NCBI RefSeq assembly: GCF_964355755.1
Contig: NC_092670.1
Coordinates: forward strand, 3,772,201 to 3,836,200
DNA from: Antedon mediterranea
Lineage: Eukaryota > Animalia > Echinodermata
Length of the DNA: 64,000 nt
Reading direction: 5' to 3'
The notes beneath the pieces are model-generated. The model made no database searches and was not told where the DNA came from. It worked only from the letters and a program-made list of their open reading frames with translations. The position numbers and the translations under genes are program-made. The number at the start of each line of letters is the position of its first letter. Position 1 is the stretch's first letter. Shown here piece after piece: positions 22,633 to 36,865 of the stretch.

Positions 22633-25600
22633 TTAGAAATCGTTGTCGCTGTCTTCATCTTTACGTGCTCGTCTGCCGCCTCTGGGAGCAGTTTCAACCT
22701 CCAGTTCATCGCTGTCATCATCATCATCATCCAGAAGATCGTCATCATCAACATCTATACTGTCATCTGTTACAGATTCAGAACCACTCTCATCATCCTG
22801 TTGATAGTGGAAACAAATTAAAACATTATTGTAAAAGAAAATAGATAGGTAGTATAAAACAATAATTGTCCAGTGTATCTTGATTCTGGTCAAAACGGAA
22901 AAATAATTGAATAGCTACTCTGCCCCGAGGCACAAATGACAATTGTGTTTCACACAAAGTATAAATATACTTTAAAATGGAAGAAGCATCTTGTAATACT
23001 AAGAGAATCTTAGCCGGACCTAAATGACCTTTAACCTTTGAACCTTGTATGGCCTAAACATTCTCTTAACCCACCATTCCTTTACTTGTCATTTACATAC
23101 TTTAAACTACAACTTACATCTTCACTCAGTTCTCCTCCCATGGTACCAAATACCTTGCCATTTCGGGCTGGTTCTGTTAAAAAAAAAGAAAATTATTTCA
23201 TATTGAATATTTGCAGAATTGTACAGAAAACAAAAGGGGTTGCAAATTGCCTTTGGCAATGTTAAGCCCAACTCATACTGCGAGGCCCAACGAGTCGTCT
23301 CGTCGTGAGAAAATTATGTTCTCTTGACGACCAAAAAACTATGCCTCGTCGATGTTTTGTTGGGCCTCACCGTACAACGCAGTCCGAGTTGCCGATACAT
23401 GATAAGCAAATACATGAACGTGAGCAAATACAAATAGGTTTCTAAGCTTACCTTGTCTCTTCATGTTCCTTGGTGGTGGTTGTTGATCATCATCATCTGT
23501 AACTGAGCTCCCCTCGTCATCCTCGTCATCCTCATCATCATCATCCACATCTAATCCTGGTATGCCTTCTTCATCAAAGATCTCTCCTCCTGTGATACCA
23601 TTCACATTTTCATCCTTTATGCGTTCTTGCATCTGAGATAAGACATTGGCAGCATCCTGAAAGTCATCATAACACTTGAATAAGACTAGTATAACACTAT
23701 ACAACACTAGAATAACACTACATAATACTACACAACACTAGAATAACACTAACACTACACTAGTTAATAATCTTGTAATTGTATTACTACTAGAAAGTTT
23801 GAACTATTATGGCAAAATAATATGATCCCATTCATATCATAGTTTTCTTGTCGACAACTGCTTAGGTGGTCAATGCTTAAAGTAATTATTACTTATTTTG
23901 ATCTCCTTTCACATATTGGCTTTTTGTATCTTTTTATTTTCTTTCTAAAGTATAAATATCTGTTCTTTTTTGTTTAATGTGTGGAATGAAGACGAAAATC
24001 ACCCCAGACAGTGTGGATAATCCATTGCTTGTGATTGGTCAGATTAATTGTAAGTCCTTGTGTGAACCAAGCTTTGTGTGAAATATGGAGAGATAAGGAG
24101 AGAGATGTTTTTAAAATGTCCATTTCTAACTATATACCTCAAACTCATCTTGATCGGCACGTTGCTGTTCCTCCAAGCAGTGTTCCATGTACGCCATATT
24201 GCGGAATTTTTCAATAAATACCTGTTAACAAAATTTAGAAATATTTCATCATCGTAATCATTCTCACAATCTTAATCATAACCTTATTATCATCATACAA
24301 TATTTATAATGCATCATTTCAATCTGTGATTTAGAAGCCTTTATGACACAGTGTCCTGAGAACTGTGCATTATAGTACAATAAAGGATACAATAGTAATT
24401 AAGTAACTAAAATAATAACAAATCTTACTTCATAATTTTTCTCCAGATCCAATTCTAATCGTTCAAATTCATCCATATAAGCTGGCCTAGCGTTTTGACA
24501 AAACAATCAAATATTAGTCTAAGATGCATGCCAGTGTCTATCTCAATGAACATGTTTAATATTCTATTAGTCTAAGATGCATGTCAGTGTCTATCTCAAT
24601 GAACATGTTTAATATTCTATTAGTCTAAGATGCATGCCAGTGTCTATCTCAATGAACATGTTTAATATTCTATTAGTCTAAGATGCATGCCAGTGTCTAT
24701 CTCAATGAACATGTTTAATATTCTATTAGTCTAAGATGCATGCCAGTGTCTATCTCAATGAACATGTTTAATATTCTATTAGTCTAAGATGCATGCCAGT
24801 GTCTATCTCAATGAACATGTTTAATATTCTATTAGTCTAAGATGCATGCCAGTGTCTATCTCAATGAACATGTTTAATATTCTATTACAGTAGTCTAAGA
24901 TGCATGCCAGTGTGTCTATCTCAATGAACATGTTTAATATTCTATTACAGTAGTCTAAGATGCATGCCAGTGTCTATCTCAATGAACATGTTTAATATTC
25001 TATTAGTCTAAGATGCATGCCAGTGTGTCTATCTCAATGAACATGTTTAATATTCTATTACAGTAGTCTAAGATGCATGCCAGTGTCTATCTCAATGAAC
25101 ATGTTTAATATTCTATTAGTCTAAGATGCATGCCAGTGTCTATCTCAATGAACATGTTTAATATTCTATTAGTCTAAGATGCATGCCAGTGTCTATCTCA
25201 ATGAACATGTTTAATATTCTAAAGCTCTGTCTACCCTATCAAACTAGTTTGACAAAAAAGTGTGATGTGTCCAAATATGGTAGTGATATGCCCAAATGGT
25301 AGTGATATGCTCAAATGGTAGTGATATGACATCATCATGGGCACATCACAATTTTTTGTCACATAAAGTTTTATTGTGTAGACAGAGATTAAAAGAAAGC
25401 TTCTAATGCATTCTCTGTCGTTTTGGCTTTCAGAGTCGGTCACAAGTAAATGTAAAGAAAAAAGGAACTACAGAATTTATTCGTTTGCATAGTATTGACA
25501 AAATATAATCACCTGACTTGTTGTAATGTTCGTAAACGTTTATTATTTCGTTCTAGTTCACTCTTCTTTTTATCAATTTTTACTTCTAAATTCGCTTCAT

Positions 25601-28600
25601 CCGCAGCTACATTTTCAAGTTGTTTTTGAGTCTTTTTAATTTGTTGCTGAAACAAATAATATTTAAGCAGATTATTATTAAGATTGTCAATTGAGAATAA
25701 TAAATGAGAAAGAAGCATGTCAACCAAATTGGGAATATTTAGAAATGTTGGTGATTCTTGTAAGACTGTATGGCGATGGATTAAAAGCAATATAGATTAC
25801 CTCCACAGCTTTGATTGATCCTTTTAATCCCTTCTCAATCTCATTGATCTCAAGAGGTCTGTTAATGGCTGTGGTACGCATTTCCTGCAAATGAATTAAA
25901 GAAATGAAACCAATTAATATAAATAAAATAAAATCAATACAATTATTTATTAATAATAACTTTCTAAAATCATTTTTTTGTCTGTAAATGTTGCATTTTA
26001 AAGTTTATTAACATTTCAAATTTCAACTTACCCTTAATTCAACCTCTTGACCTAAAAGGTCATACAATGCTGCCCCCTTTGAGGTCACTTCTGATGCAAG
26101 CTGCCTTGACATCTTTAGGTCAGATATCTAGATTTAAACATTTTAAAAATAATTAACTGAACATGAAATGTACCGGATAGACACAAGATGAAAGAGGTAT
26201 GGAGTAATGGTAAGGGTGTTGACTAGGATTTGAAACGTGTGTTTTCGAATCTTTCTATGCAAGATACTTTACTCGCATTACCTAATGTTGATCCTGTGTA
26301 CATACATAACACAAGTGAAATTAGCACACTATTCAAAAAGTCCCTGATAATGGATATAACTTTTAAAATACCTTTGAAGAGATATCATATGTGAGCATTC
26401 CAGGCATGTCATCCTCAACATCCTCTGATTCCTCTTTCTTGTTGATCTTCATGGCATTGTACAAGACAGAGGTCACTTTCAAGAGCTCTTTGACAGCGTA
26501 TCCATCAGCCTGGTACACTTTCTTTGTATTTAACTTGATATGTGCTTTGGTTGCCTAAATGTCAAAAGATAAACATTATTTATACAGTGTATTATAAATG
26601 GTAATCTGCTATCAATACTTTGCTGAATTCAATTGGATGTTTAATGTGAGGTGACTCTTTCATCCTGATATATTATTATTATTATTATTTATTGCCAAAA
26701 ACCAGTTACAAACAAACAAAACACAGAAACTAAGGGAGTAGGCAGGAACCTAAAAGTGAACCTAATCACTATAACAAGAGTTCAGGTTCCGTACTCCCAA
26801 AGTAACAACAATGATATAAAATAAACTATATAAAAATATTTAAAAAACAAATAGACGAATCAACAGTGTCAATATAAAATAAACGGATAAAATACATAAT
26901 AGTCGATTCAACAAAGTCAATATAAAACATGTGATTTAAGTGAATTTAAAAATATTTGAAACTGTCTAAAATTAAAGAATTTTTAATCATTTCCGGTAAT
27001 TCTTCCCACAACCTAGGGAATATATTAATAGCGGAATGATGAAGACAATTGGTTCGAGCATAGTGATGAATGAACTTAAGTGTATCAAGGTGACGGCCAT
27101 TAACAACTAAAGATTGACGAACACTACTACAATCAACCGTTCCAATAAGTGATTTACAAACAAAGGATAACAGAAGATAATTTCTTCGATTAGATAGTGT
27201 AGGCCAATTTAGCTTAGTGAGACGTTCCTCGTATTCCATTTCACCTCTTGTTTGTTTAAGGACAAGCCTAGTAGCCCTTCGCTGGACTGCCTCGATACGT
27301 TCTGTAAGTTTTTTGGTTCGAGGCAACCACGCTGGGACACAATATTCAAGGATGGGGACAATGAGAGCTTTATAGAGTGAGAAAATAGCTGAAGGGGATG
27401 ATCCTCCTGCAATACTAGTAATAAAACCCAACATTCGATTTGAACGAGAAATAATTAAGTTTACATGGTCATCCCAAGTAAGTTCACTATTAATCGTGAC
27501 CCCCAGATGACAATGACTAGATACGGATTTAATAGGCAAGTCATTTATACGATAAACAGGTCTATACTCTTTCCTTGATCTTGTAATGTGGAGAACCTTG
27601 GTTTTATTTAAGTTAAGCTCCATTTCATTTAGATCACACCAAGAGGAAAGCCTGATCAGATCGCACTGAAGAACAACTTCATCGTCTACAGTAAATATAT
27701 TTCTATAAATTATCGTGTCATCGGCAAACAATGCACATGGAGAAATAATAGATGAGGGAAGGTCATTTATAAATAAGTTAAAAATAAGGGGTCCAAGTAC
27801 GCTGCCCTGTGGTATGCCAGAGGTAACTGGGGATGATGGGCTAATGGATCCTTGATACAAGACTCTTTGGGAACGTCCCAATAGAAATGACTTGATCCAT
27901 TTCCAGACATTGCCTCTGATATTAAAGTGGCTAGCCAGCTTATTTAAAATAATATGGTGAGGCAGTTTATCAAACGCTTTGGCATAGTCGAGAAAGATAA
28001 CATCAATTCTGGGGGCTTTAGTTTTATCTAGCGAAGATGCCCAGGAATGAGTTAGGTTGGTAAGTTGGGTAACACAGGAACGTGAGGGGAAAAAACCGTG
28101 CTGGACATCAGTAATTGGACAATTATAAGCAACGTGATCAGATATACTTGAAAACAGTATTTTTTCAAGCAGTTTCGAACAAATAGGGGTAAGGGATATT
28201 GGTCTGTAATTACAAAACAAAAACAAATTAAATAATGGTGGAGCAATAAATTCGGAAGCAGATTTCAATATGTATGGATGCACGGAATCAGGACCTGGAG
28301 ATTTATTAGATGAAAGTCCATTAATCACCTTCTCAACATTGTAGACGTTAAAGTTAAGTTGAGAAAGTTCAGGGATTGGGACATTACAAACCGGAGGTTC
28401 ACAGCTGGGAATTATGGGTGAGTTAAAAACAGAAACAAAAAAATCATTAAATGAACTAGCAATTACAGGGTGTGACGAAACATTCACACCATTAATATTA
28501 AAAGATAACGGTGCTGGTGATCTTCTACGTTCTCTAACAAAACGCCAGAAAGCTTTACGAGTAGAGTCACTTGTAAATAATTTGTTGACATATGAATAAT

Positions 28601-31600
28601 ACGACTTATTGCATAGACGCTTAACCTTATTACGAATAGACTTATAGTCATCCCATGCAGATACAGAACCAATACGTTTGGCTATTCTAAACAGTCTATG
28701 CTTTATATTGATAATTGCTTGATGTCATTGGTAACCCATGGGGAATGTTTCCGCTGCTTGCGTGATTTCAACGGAACTGAGTCACGGACAATAGCTGTAA
28801 AAATATCCAGAAATCCATCCCATGAGTTGTCAACTGAGTTTTCATCCATGAAGACATTCCATGGGGCAAGGTGGACAAGTTTTTTTAGATGGTCAATATC
28901 AGTTTTGTGGTAAGCAAGAAAATTACGTACCAACAATTTAGAATACGGTTTGGAAAGTAATACGTTAAAGGAAACTGCATGGTGATCACTGATCACTGGG
29001 TTATCAATGACATCAAGTGAAATTAAACGGTCTGGCCAGGCCTGTTTGAAAAAACAAGATCAATTATTGTACCAGATGATGGGACCAAATGATTAGGCCT
29101 AGTGATTTCCTCAACAAGCTGAGTACAATTTAAAGCATTCATAGTGTCAAGAAAAATGGTAGGTATCGTATGTTTAAGATTCCAATTTAAATTAAAATCC
29201 CCAACAATATAAATATCATCATACTTTGGTAAGTGAGGTAATAAAGGCAGAAGAAAATTGTTACTAAAGTCATTCCAGAAGGAGACTGGAGAGTTCGGTG
29301 GGCAGTAACAAACAGCGAAAAGCATCTTATAATTGTCAATCGAAATAGAAAAACATATAACTTCATGAGGACCAGAGTCCAGCAAATGACAATGAATTGG
29401 ATTCAGTTCGTTCTTTATTGCTGCAAATACACCGCCTCCTTTCTTGTTGGGTCTGTCCTTTCTGATCACCATATAATCTTGAGGAATATATATATAGATA
29501 CACATATCTCATATTATATCAAGCAATGGCAAATAGTTACTCTATATATAGTAGTAAATACTAACCATAAATTGAGCGACTGATTTCACAAATATAACTC
29601 TGTCTTGTTCAAGTTCGGTGTCTGTTGGAATTTCAGCATTTGGATCGTATCGTTTAACAAGCCAGGTTAAAACTTCTGCTACCAAAGGAAAGTTGGGCAT
29701 TCGAAAGTTTTCCATTGAGATAAGGCGAGGGTAGCCCAGCGCCCTCATCATCTCAGTGAAATCTGTAAAAATAAATGAGGGCTTAGATTATGTGTATTTA
29801 CTGTAACAGGACAGGATTCATGTTCCTTGCACAACTTGAAATTGCATTGCACCTCTTTCTTTTATTAAAGGTTTTTAGGCCAGCTCACACCAGACCTGAA
29901 AGCTTGCCGTTCAATTTAATTTTGTTCAAACATAACCAAAATCGTTTTATACTTTAAGACCTATATTTATAACATTTTAAATTTTAGTCTGTTAAGCTTA
30001 TTAATTAATAAATAATAAATGCTTGTTGGACGTCTTGCATCTATATATAAATTTACGTAAGGGCAAAATTCGGTAAATCGCGCCTTACTTCTAGAATTTT
30101 TACTCGATGGTATATAAAGTTGGTTCGTACTTTCGGTACTGATTTTAACCACCTGATGTAACCCTGTTTACTAATTAAATTAAGTTAGATAATTAGTTAT
30201 TGACGATTAAAACGAATTTAGGTTCAACGATTTGCCCCAAATAGGGGTGTTTTCCGATCGTGGTATACACTGTCTAATGGATGTCCATCTTGAAAAATAC
30301 CCGCCACAAAAATGCGAGGAGGCTTCGCATTTTCCTATCTCCTCCTACGATAATTGTTTTTAATAGCTGAAAACCGGTTGAACAGTTCGAGTACAGCATC
30401 ATAATGTTGAAGACAGGCCGATTTTCTTTAAAAAATACTATTTTGATACATTTAATATACGTTTTTACAAATGTATTGATTTGTGATGAATGGAACATTC
30501 CAAATTATTTGGTTTAACCATACAGGTATAGATTTAGATTTATGGGCCCCCTTGGAGAATAAACATAAATAGTATTGCAATGCTGTACAATACTGTTAAG
30601 GTATTAACCACTTTTGATCGCAATTTGAATCGCAAATTTCTTACTGTGAGTGTTGGTACTGTTAGATGTAATATAAAAATATATACAAATAAACTTTATT
30701 ACTGTGAGTGTGGGTAGGCCCTACTGTTAGATTATAAACATATAATATACAAATAAACATTCCAAATTATTTGGTTTAACCATAGAGGCATAGATTTACA
30801 TTTATGGGCCCCCTTGGAGAATAAACATAAATAGTATTGCAATGCTGTACAATACTGTTAAAAGGTATTAACCACTTTTGATCGCAATTTGAATCGCAAA
30901 TTTCTTACTGTGAGTGTTGGTACTGTTAGATGTAATATAAAAATATATACAAATAAACTTTATTACTGTGAGTGTGGGTAGGCCCTACTGTTAGATTATA
31001 AACATATAATATACAAATAAATAAACGTTATTACTGACAGTTGCTTCTCAACGTTTGTATTAATTAATAATTAAAAAATATATAAACGTCGTAGTGGTGT
31101 ATCGTTACATGTACTTTACTATTTCAATCGACTATGACAGTGAGAGTTTTAACAAAGTACCGTATTAAATCGTAAATGTTTTACTGTATTTAGTGGTATA
31201 TTATTTATAGGCCTATAAAACATTAAAAACAATATTTCGTTACTGAGTGGATAAGAATATATTTTAAAATGTTTCCTCTTTGTACCTATCTTCTTCCCCC
31301 ATCCCTCAACCCTTAATGTTACATACAAAACACAAATTGGGTTTGTTTAAATGAGTCCAAATAAAAAAATTTGACTCATTTTGTTTCTCTCTCGGAAGTA
31401 ATTCTCAGGGTGCTAATTTTGGTTGACTACATAAATCATTGTGTATATTTATTCGTTTCTGTAAACGACAATGTATTATAGTCCTGCGGTACGTACATTT
31501 GAAATCTCCATTTTTTTCTCGCTGGAAATACTGTGTATTCGAGAACCATCTGTGGGCACGACCTAGATGGTACGCGAGCGAAGCGAGCGTGCCATCTAGT

Positions 31601-32221
31601 TATTTATAAATTTACGATATTATTAGTATAGTAGCATAGCCTAGGCCTAGGGTAGATGTACCAATTTGCGGTTAGTGAAAGGTCAAATCATTATTACGTT
31701 AAATATGTTATAGTTGTACATGAATACAACAGTTGTCAATTATTAATAATGTATATCCTATATTAAAATAAATACATAAAAAAATAAACAATGGCCAATT
31801 AATTAATAATAATTTATAAATTTTATCATTAGTATATATAGGCCTACCCTATTGTAGTAGTAAGGTTATCGAATCGTGCTTTTTGGTTATAATAATCAAA
31901 TACTGGATACTACTCTACTGTACTAGCCTAGCAGCAGCTAGAGCCTGACTGGGCGGACTAGCTAGCTAGCCGGCCTACTAGGCTTATTCTAGCTAGGCCT
32001 CAGTCTAGGCCTAGCCCTAGTAGCAAGTAGAGGGTGTAGTCTATTACTAGGGCCTAGGCCTAGCCTAGTAGTAGTAGGAGGGCCTAGCTACCTTAGGAGG
32101 CCCGTAGAGGCCTAGCTCGGACGGAGAGGTCTGACTAAGAAAATGAAAAATAAAGGCTAGCCTAAACTAATACATTGTTTTACATAAACAAAAATTTACT
32201 TCTCAAATCTCTGTACGACAT
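22633..32221 (-). CDS. CLUAP1: Clusterin-associated protein 1 / IFT38 (11 exons, 427 aa)
   Basis: Exons 32221-32200, 29762-29566, 26554-26372, 26127-26032, 25884-25801, 25646-25513, 24486-24429, 24221-24138, 23656-23452, 23173-23118, 22797-22633 join in frame (1284 nt). N-terminus [63 protein letters not shown] and acidic C-terminus ...DSDNDF match CLUAP1. Confidence 0.96.
24512..25220. repeat. 53-bp minisatellite (~13 copies) in CLUAP1 intron 6
   Basis: Unit TATTAGTCTAAGATGCATGCCAGTGTCTATCTCAATGAACATGTTTAATATTC, some copies with +5 and +2 insertions. Confidence 0.95.
26670..29485 (-). mobile_element. 5'-truncated, degenerate CR1-group LINE in CLUAP1 intron 2 (sense to host)
   Basis: ORF2 broken into pieces: RKDR..GGGV..GDFN (29505-29023), SDHH (28996-28703), [26 protein letters not shown] (28487-26946); internal deletion before NYRPIS; (TAA)n tail at ~26670-26690. 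Confidence 0.9.
30494..31020. repeat. Near-perfect ~262-bp tandem duplication in CLUAP1 intron 1
   Basis: AACATTCCAAATTATTTGGTTTAACCAT begins at 30494 and 30756; units nearly identical. Confidence 0.92.
31920..32165. repeat. Low-complexity CTAG/TAGGCCTA-rich tract
   Basis: Dense CTAG, AGGCCT and GCTA words just inside CLUAP1 intron 1. Confidence 0.7.
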
Positions 32222-32754
32222 TTCGGTGAAAACTGAGGCTTTTATTAGCGGCCTAGGCCTAGTTAAAGATGTTATTATGTTTTCTTGTGTACAGTGCGGT
32301 AAGGAATTTGTTATTCTTCGCAACCATAAAGAGCGCCGCCAATCGCTCAAAATTATATATATGGCTCTGGGGTGCGTAAAAGTTTGCTGAACCATCAATT
32401 ATGCAAATTAAAACTGTACAAAATTATATTTTATTAATATGCCTAACAGTAATAAATATTTCCATACAATTATTATAGTCCTGATGATGTTTTATATATT
32501 ATCCAAGAACATAGACTTTCAGGAACAGTCAATCAATAGCCTATGAACCTCTGAAATCAGAAATGTCAAATCATTTTAAGTCTATTTAAAAAAAAAATTA
32601 AAATATAGTGACATGGAAAGAAAAATCGCACGCATCTCAACCTTCTATAAATAAGGTTAAATAAAATAAAGAAATTAAACAATTCTAATTATTTGCATTT
32701 TATTGAACAACATAAATGAATAAAGCATGCCCTTTGTGAATGTTTTTGACAACA

Positions 32755-34025
32755 AATGTGCCATCCATTTTAAAGAATGTGCTATCCATTTGAAAGAATG
32801 TGCTACCCGATAATCCGTATAAAATAATGTACAGTACTATATCCATTTGATTGTGCTACCTAATGTGCTATCCATTTGAAAGAATGTGCTATCCATTTGA
32901 AAGAATGTGCTACCCGATAATCCGTATAAAATAATGTACAGTACTATATCCATTTGATTGTGCTACCTAATGTGCTATCCATTTGAAAGAATGTGCTATC
33001 CATTTGAAAGAATGTGCTACCCGATAATCCGTATAAAATAATGTACAGTACTATATCCATTTGATTGTGCTACCTAATGTGCTATCCATTTGAAAGAATG
33101 TGCTATCCATTTGAAATAATGACGTGCTATTTGAAAGAATGTGCTACCCGATAATCCGTATAGAATAATGTACAGTAGGCCTACTATATCCATTTGACTG
33201 TGCTACCTAATGTGCTATCCATTTGAAATAATGTGCTACCCGATAATCCTTATAGAATAATGTACAGTACTATATCCATTTGATTGTGCTACCCAATGTG
33301 CTATCCATTTGAAATAATGTGCTATCCATTTGAAATAATGTGCTATTTGAAAGAATGTGCTACCCGATAATCCGTATAGAATAATGTACAGTACAATTAC
33401 ATCCATTGGATTGTGCTACCTAATGTGCTATCCATTTGAAATAATGTGCTATCCATTTGAAATAATGTGCTAGATCCATTTGAAAGAATTTGCTATCCAT
33501 TTGAAATAATTTTCTATCCATTTGAAAGAATGTGCTACCCGATAATCCGTATAGAATAATGTACAGTAGGCCTACTATATCCATTTGACTGTGCTACCTA
33601 ATGTGCTATCCATTTGAAATAATGTGCTACCCGATAATCCTTATAGAATAATGTACAGTACTATATCTATTTGATTGTGCTACCCAATGTGCTATCCATT
33701 TGAAATAACGTGCTATCCATTTGAAAGAATGTGCTATCCATTTGAAATAGGCCTAATGTGCTATCCATTTGAAAGAATATGCTACCCGATAATCATAGAA
33801 TAATGTACAGTACTACAGTATATCCATTTGATTGTGCTACCTAATGTGCTATCCATTTGAAAGAATGTGCTATCCATTTGAAAGAATGTGCTATCCATTT
33901 GAAAGAATGTGCTACCCGATAATCCGTATAGAATGCACAGTACAGTTATATCATAGTTATATCCATTTGATTGAACTATCTATTGTGCTATCCGTTTGAA
34001 CTAATGTGCTGTCTGTTTGAAATAA
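32755..34025. repeat. Complex satellite built from 21-bp subunits with ~107-bp higher-order unit
   Basis: Subunit TGTGCTATCCATTTGAAAGAA; TGCTACCCGATAATCCGTAT recurs at 32801, 32908, 33015, then at irregular spacing. Confidence 0.93.
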
Positions 34026-35935
34026 TTCAGGTTTTTTTTTTAATATGTTTTGCTATCCATTTTAAACGTGCTAAACAAGTTACATATTTGTTGATATAAA
34101 TTTGCGGTACACCACGTAGGCCTATATTAGTTCTGAAAAGAACTGTTGAGTTGCTTGACGTTTCAATTTAGGCCTACTCCAAAGTCAAAGTCTCCAAAGC
34201 TATTCCATCATGTCGTATTCGGGGAATCGCCCACAAGTGTTTTCTCAGAGAAAGGTATGTTCTGTATGGGGTTCTGTATGCTATTTGTTAATAATGTACA
34301 AAAAATGAAATGAAAAATCATATTAATTATCGGTATGTACGGAGGAAGCTCGAACAAGACGAAGCGCGAAACAAATAAAAGCGCAGCGCGAAACATCTGA
34401 AATGATATACAATTTCTCAAAACATGAAAACACAGAATATATTATATTAATATAACTTTTTAATATTTCCAAAGGCTCGGACAAGGAAGAATGGCCTTAA
34501 AAAACTGAATTGCTATATGTTAGACCACATTTCCATAACTTTTCAAAACTCATCGAACCCTCTGCTAGTAGGCCTAATTAATATAGGAGCGTATCGCCAA
34601 ATCATTAGAGAAAAAAAAAACATGGCATGAAGATGTAATTAATCAAACAACGGCCAAAGAATATCAACAATTTTAATTTAGGTTTCGATTCGTAATTACT
34701 AATGTGGTGGACTAAGCCTAGTTTGAAACTATAGTGACCATTTATTTTAGAAAGAAAGATAGACAAATTTGTTTCCATCTCCATGTTATTGTTAATACCA
34801 AGGCACTTTTCAATTGAAAATTCTGGCCTAGTATTCTTGCAAGGTCGTCACAGCTCCAGTTACAAAGGTCGTCACAGCTCCAGTTACAAACGGTGATACA
34901 AAGTGTCAATCATTTGACCAGTGAACAGCCCACTGGTAGGATAGTCCTTGAAACCGTCCGTAAAACACATTAATCACTCACATCAGTCATGCCGCTAATG
35001 GTTGAAAACCTCACTTTTTGGGGTTATCAAACGTAACGCTATCCGGGGCTCCTGCGCCTAATGTGCCTAATAGCTTTGTTAATGGTTCTTTTCACTCCAA
35101 TGTACCCATGTATGTAGGAGGCCCCTATTTATTATTTTTATTATCGTATGGATAATATCAAAATAATGATAAACGTTATTGTAGGCCGGCTAATTAAACG
35201 CATGCGTCACAACCAACGGTATATCTTTTCTATTGAGTAGTTCAATTATGCCGAATCACGACAACAAAAGGATCTCTCACACCAGGACATGATAGCAATG
35301 ATGTTTGCTTAGTGACGACCTCTGTTTAAGATATAAAGAATACTTTTCTATGTTTATAACAGTTCAATGGATAAGTCGACTGTTTGTGATATGTTTTACT
35401 CGTCTGCAATTCGGAAATTTCGTTCTGCTGACAATGGCAATTTACGACTGTCAACTCATCTTTCTGTAAAACGGATGATAATGTAGGCCTAAATAGGAGA
35501 ACATTGGAATCGAACAACTATCTATAAAGGAAACCGGACTCTACTCATAGGAACAGTATAGAAAATACTTTTATATCAGACCGAACGTTGGAATAAACAC
35601 AAAGCTGAATTCAAGAAAGACAGTCTTCTTTGTGGCGTACGAACACAACTTGTAATGGGAAGATGTTTTGTTGCGAAAAAGTTTAATATTTGTATTGTTC
35701 TATGTCTTTATTATCTTTCAAGTATTATGCTGTTTTACAAATTGTACTGTTCTTGGAAAGCAATAACAAATAAAATGATACGCATAAACCGTCTGCACAA
35801 TGTTTGACTACGGTATTGTAAGAAATTACCATAATAATATTTTGACTGTAATTTCTAGTCTATGATAAGAATTCGTTACTATAGGCCCTCAACTCCATAA
35901 GAAAGGTTAGGCCTACTTTGTTGAAATTGTCAAAG

Positions 35936-36865
35936 ATGAATTACAATTTTACTGTGTTTGATGACGAACATTCAACAGAGAATATAATACTAGCGGCTGT
36001 GTTCATAGCTATCGATATGTTAACAATTTTAGGAAATTCGCTCTTCTTTTTATGTTTGATTATACTACCACCAGATGATCGCGATTCTAACCTGCTGCTG
36101 ATGTTACTTGCAGTAACGGATTTAACAAACGGATTACTGATTATGCCACCAACCATTATATCCACATTCATGAACAGATGGGTTTTTGGTAATATGATAT
36201 GTACATTTCAATGTTCGCTAAACTACTGCTTAATAATTATATCTATGTTGACTCTAGCTATGATTAGCTGCGACCGAATGATTGCAGTCACGCGACCGAT
36301 GAAGTATCAGTTGATTGTAACAAGGCGTAGGATCAAAGTGGCTATATTTATGTCGTGTTTACAAGGGGTTGTTATTGGTGTAGCTCCAGGCTTTAAATCA
36401 TGGGTTGTATATGACAACTCGGAGAAAGTTTGTGCGATTGATTGGGAAAATAGCGGCATCGAAGGAAAATATTACGTAGCATCGGCATTCCTTTTATGCT
36501 TTTTATTACCAGGTGGCTTAATGCTAATTAATTTTATAAGAATCGTTCAGGATTTAAAATCAACTACTTGTAAATTATCATCAACAATGCGCTTACAAGA
36601 AACCAAAACGATACGCAGTTTAGGATTAGTGGTTGCTCTCTTTTTCATCTGTCTTGGACCATTCAGTATAACAAAACTGATAAAAATATTTTCTTTGGAG
36701 AGTATCCCGTCGCTTCTGAATAATATTACGACTATTTTCCATTTCATGTCGAGTGCTAATAACCCATTAGTTTATGGGATCTTACGTAGGGAGTTCAGAA
36801 AAGCTTTTAAACAACTCATAGGAATCAGAGGTTCACAAATACAAGACGTGGAAATACAATATTAA
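35936..36865 (+). CDS. Intronless class A (rhodopsin-family) orphan GPCR
   Basis: Seven hydrophobic segments; GN (TM1), LAVTD (TM2), WVFG..C, CDRM (DRY variant), LLP (TM5), CLGP (TM6), NPLVY and helix 8 EFRKAF; N-terminal NFT sequon. Confidence 0.93.
   Translation: MNYNFTVFDDEHSTENIILAAVFIAIDMLTILGNSLFFLCLIILPPDDRDSNLLLMLLAVTDLTNGLLIMPPTIISTFMNRWVFGNMICTFQCSLNYCLIIISMLTLAMISCDRMIAVTRPMKYQLIVTRRRIKVAIFMSCLQGVVIGVAPGFKSWVVYDNSEKVCAIDWENSGIEGKYYVASAFLLCFLLPGGLMLINFIRIVQDLKSTTCKLSSTMRLQETKTIRSLGLVVALFFICLGPFSITKLIKIFSLESIPSLLNNITTIFHFMSSANNPLVYGILRREFRKAFKQLIGIRGSQIQDVEIQY

Noticed and set aside
26197-26255. tRNA-like A/B boxes in CLUAP1 intron 3
   Set aside because: Stems do not pair; at most a decayed SINE fragment.
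32310-32324. RFX X-box-like GTTATTCTTCGCAAC upstream of ciliary CLUAP1
   Set aside because: Only one good half-site and non-standard spacing.
35936-36865. Opsin assignment for the GPCR
   Set aside because: Position equivalent to K296 is Phe.
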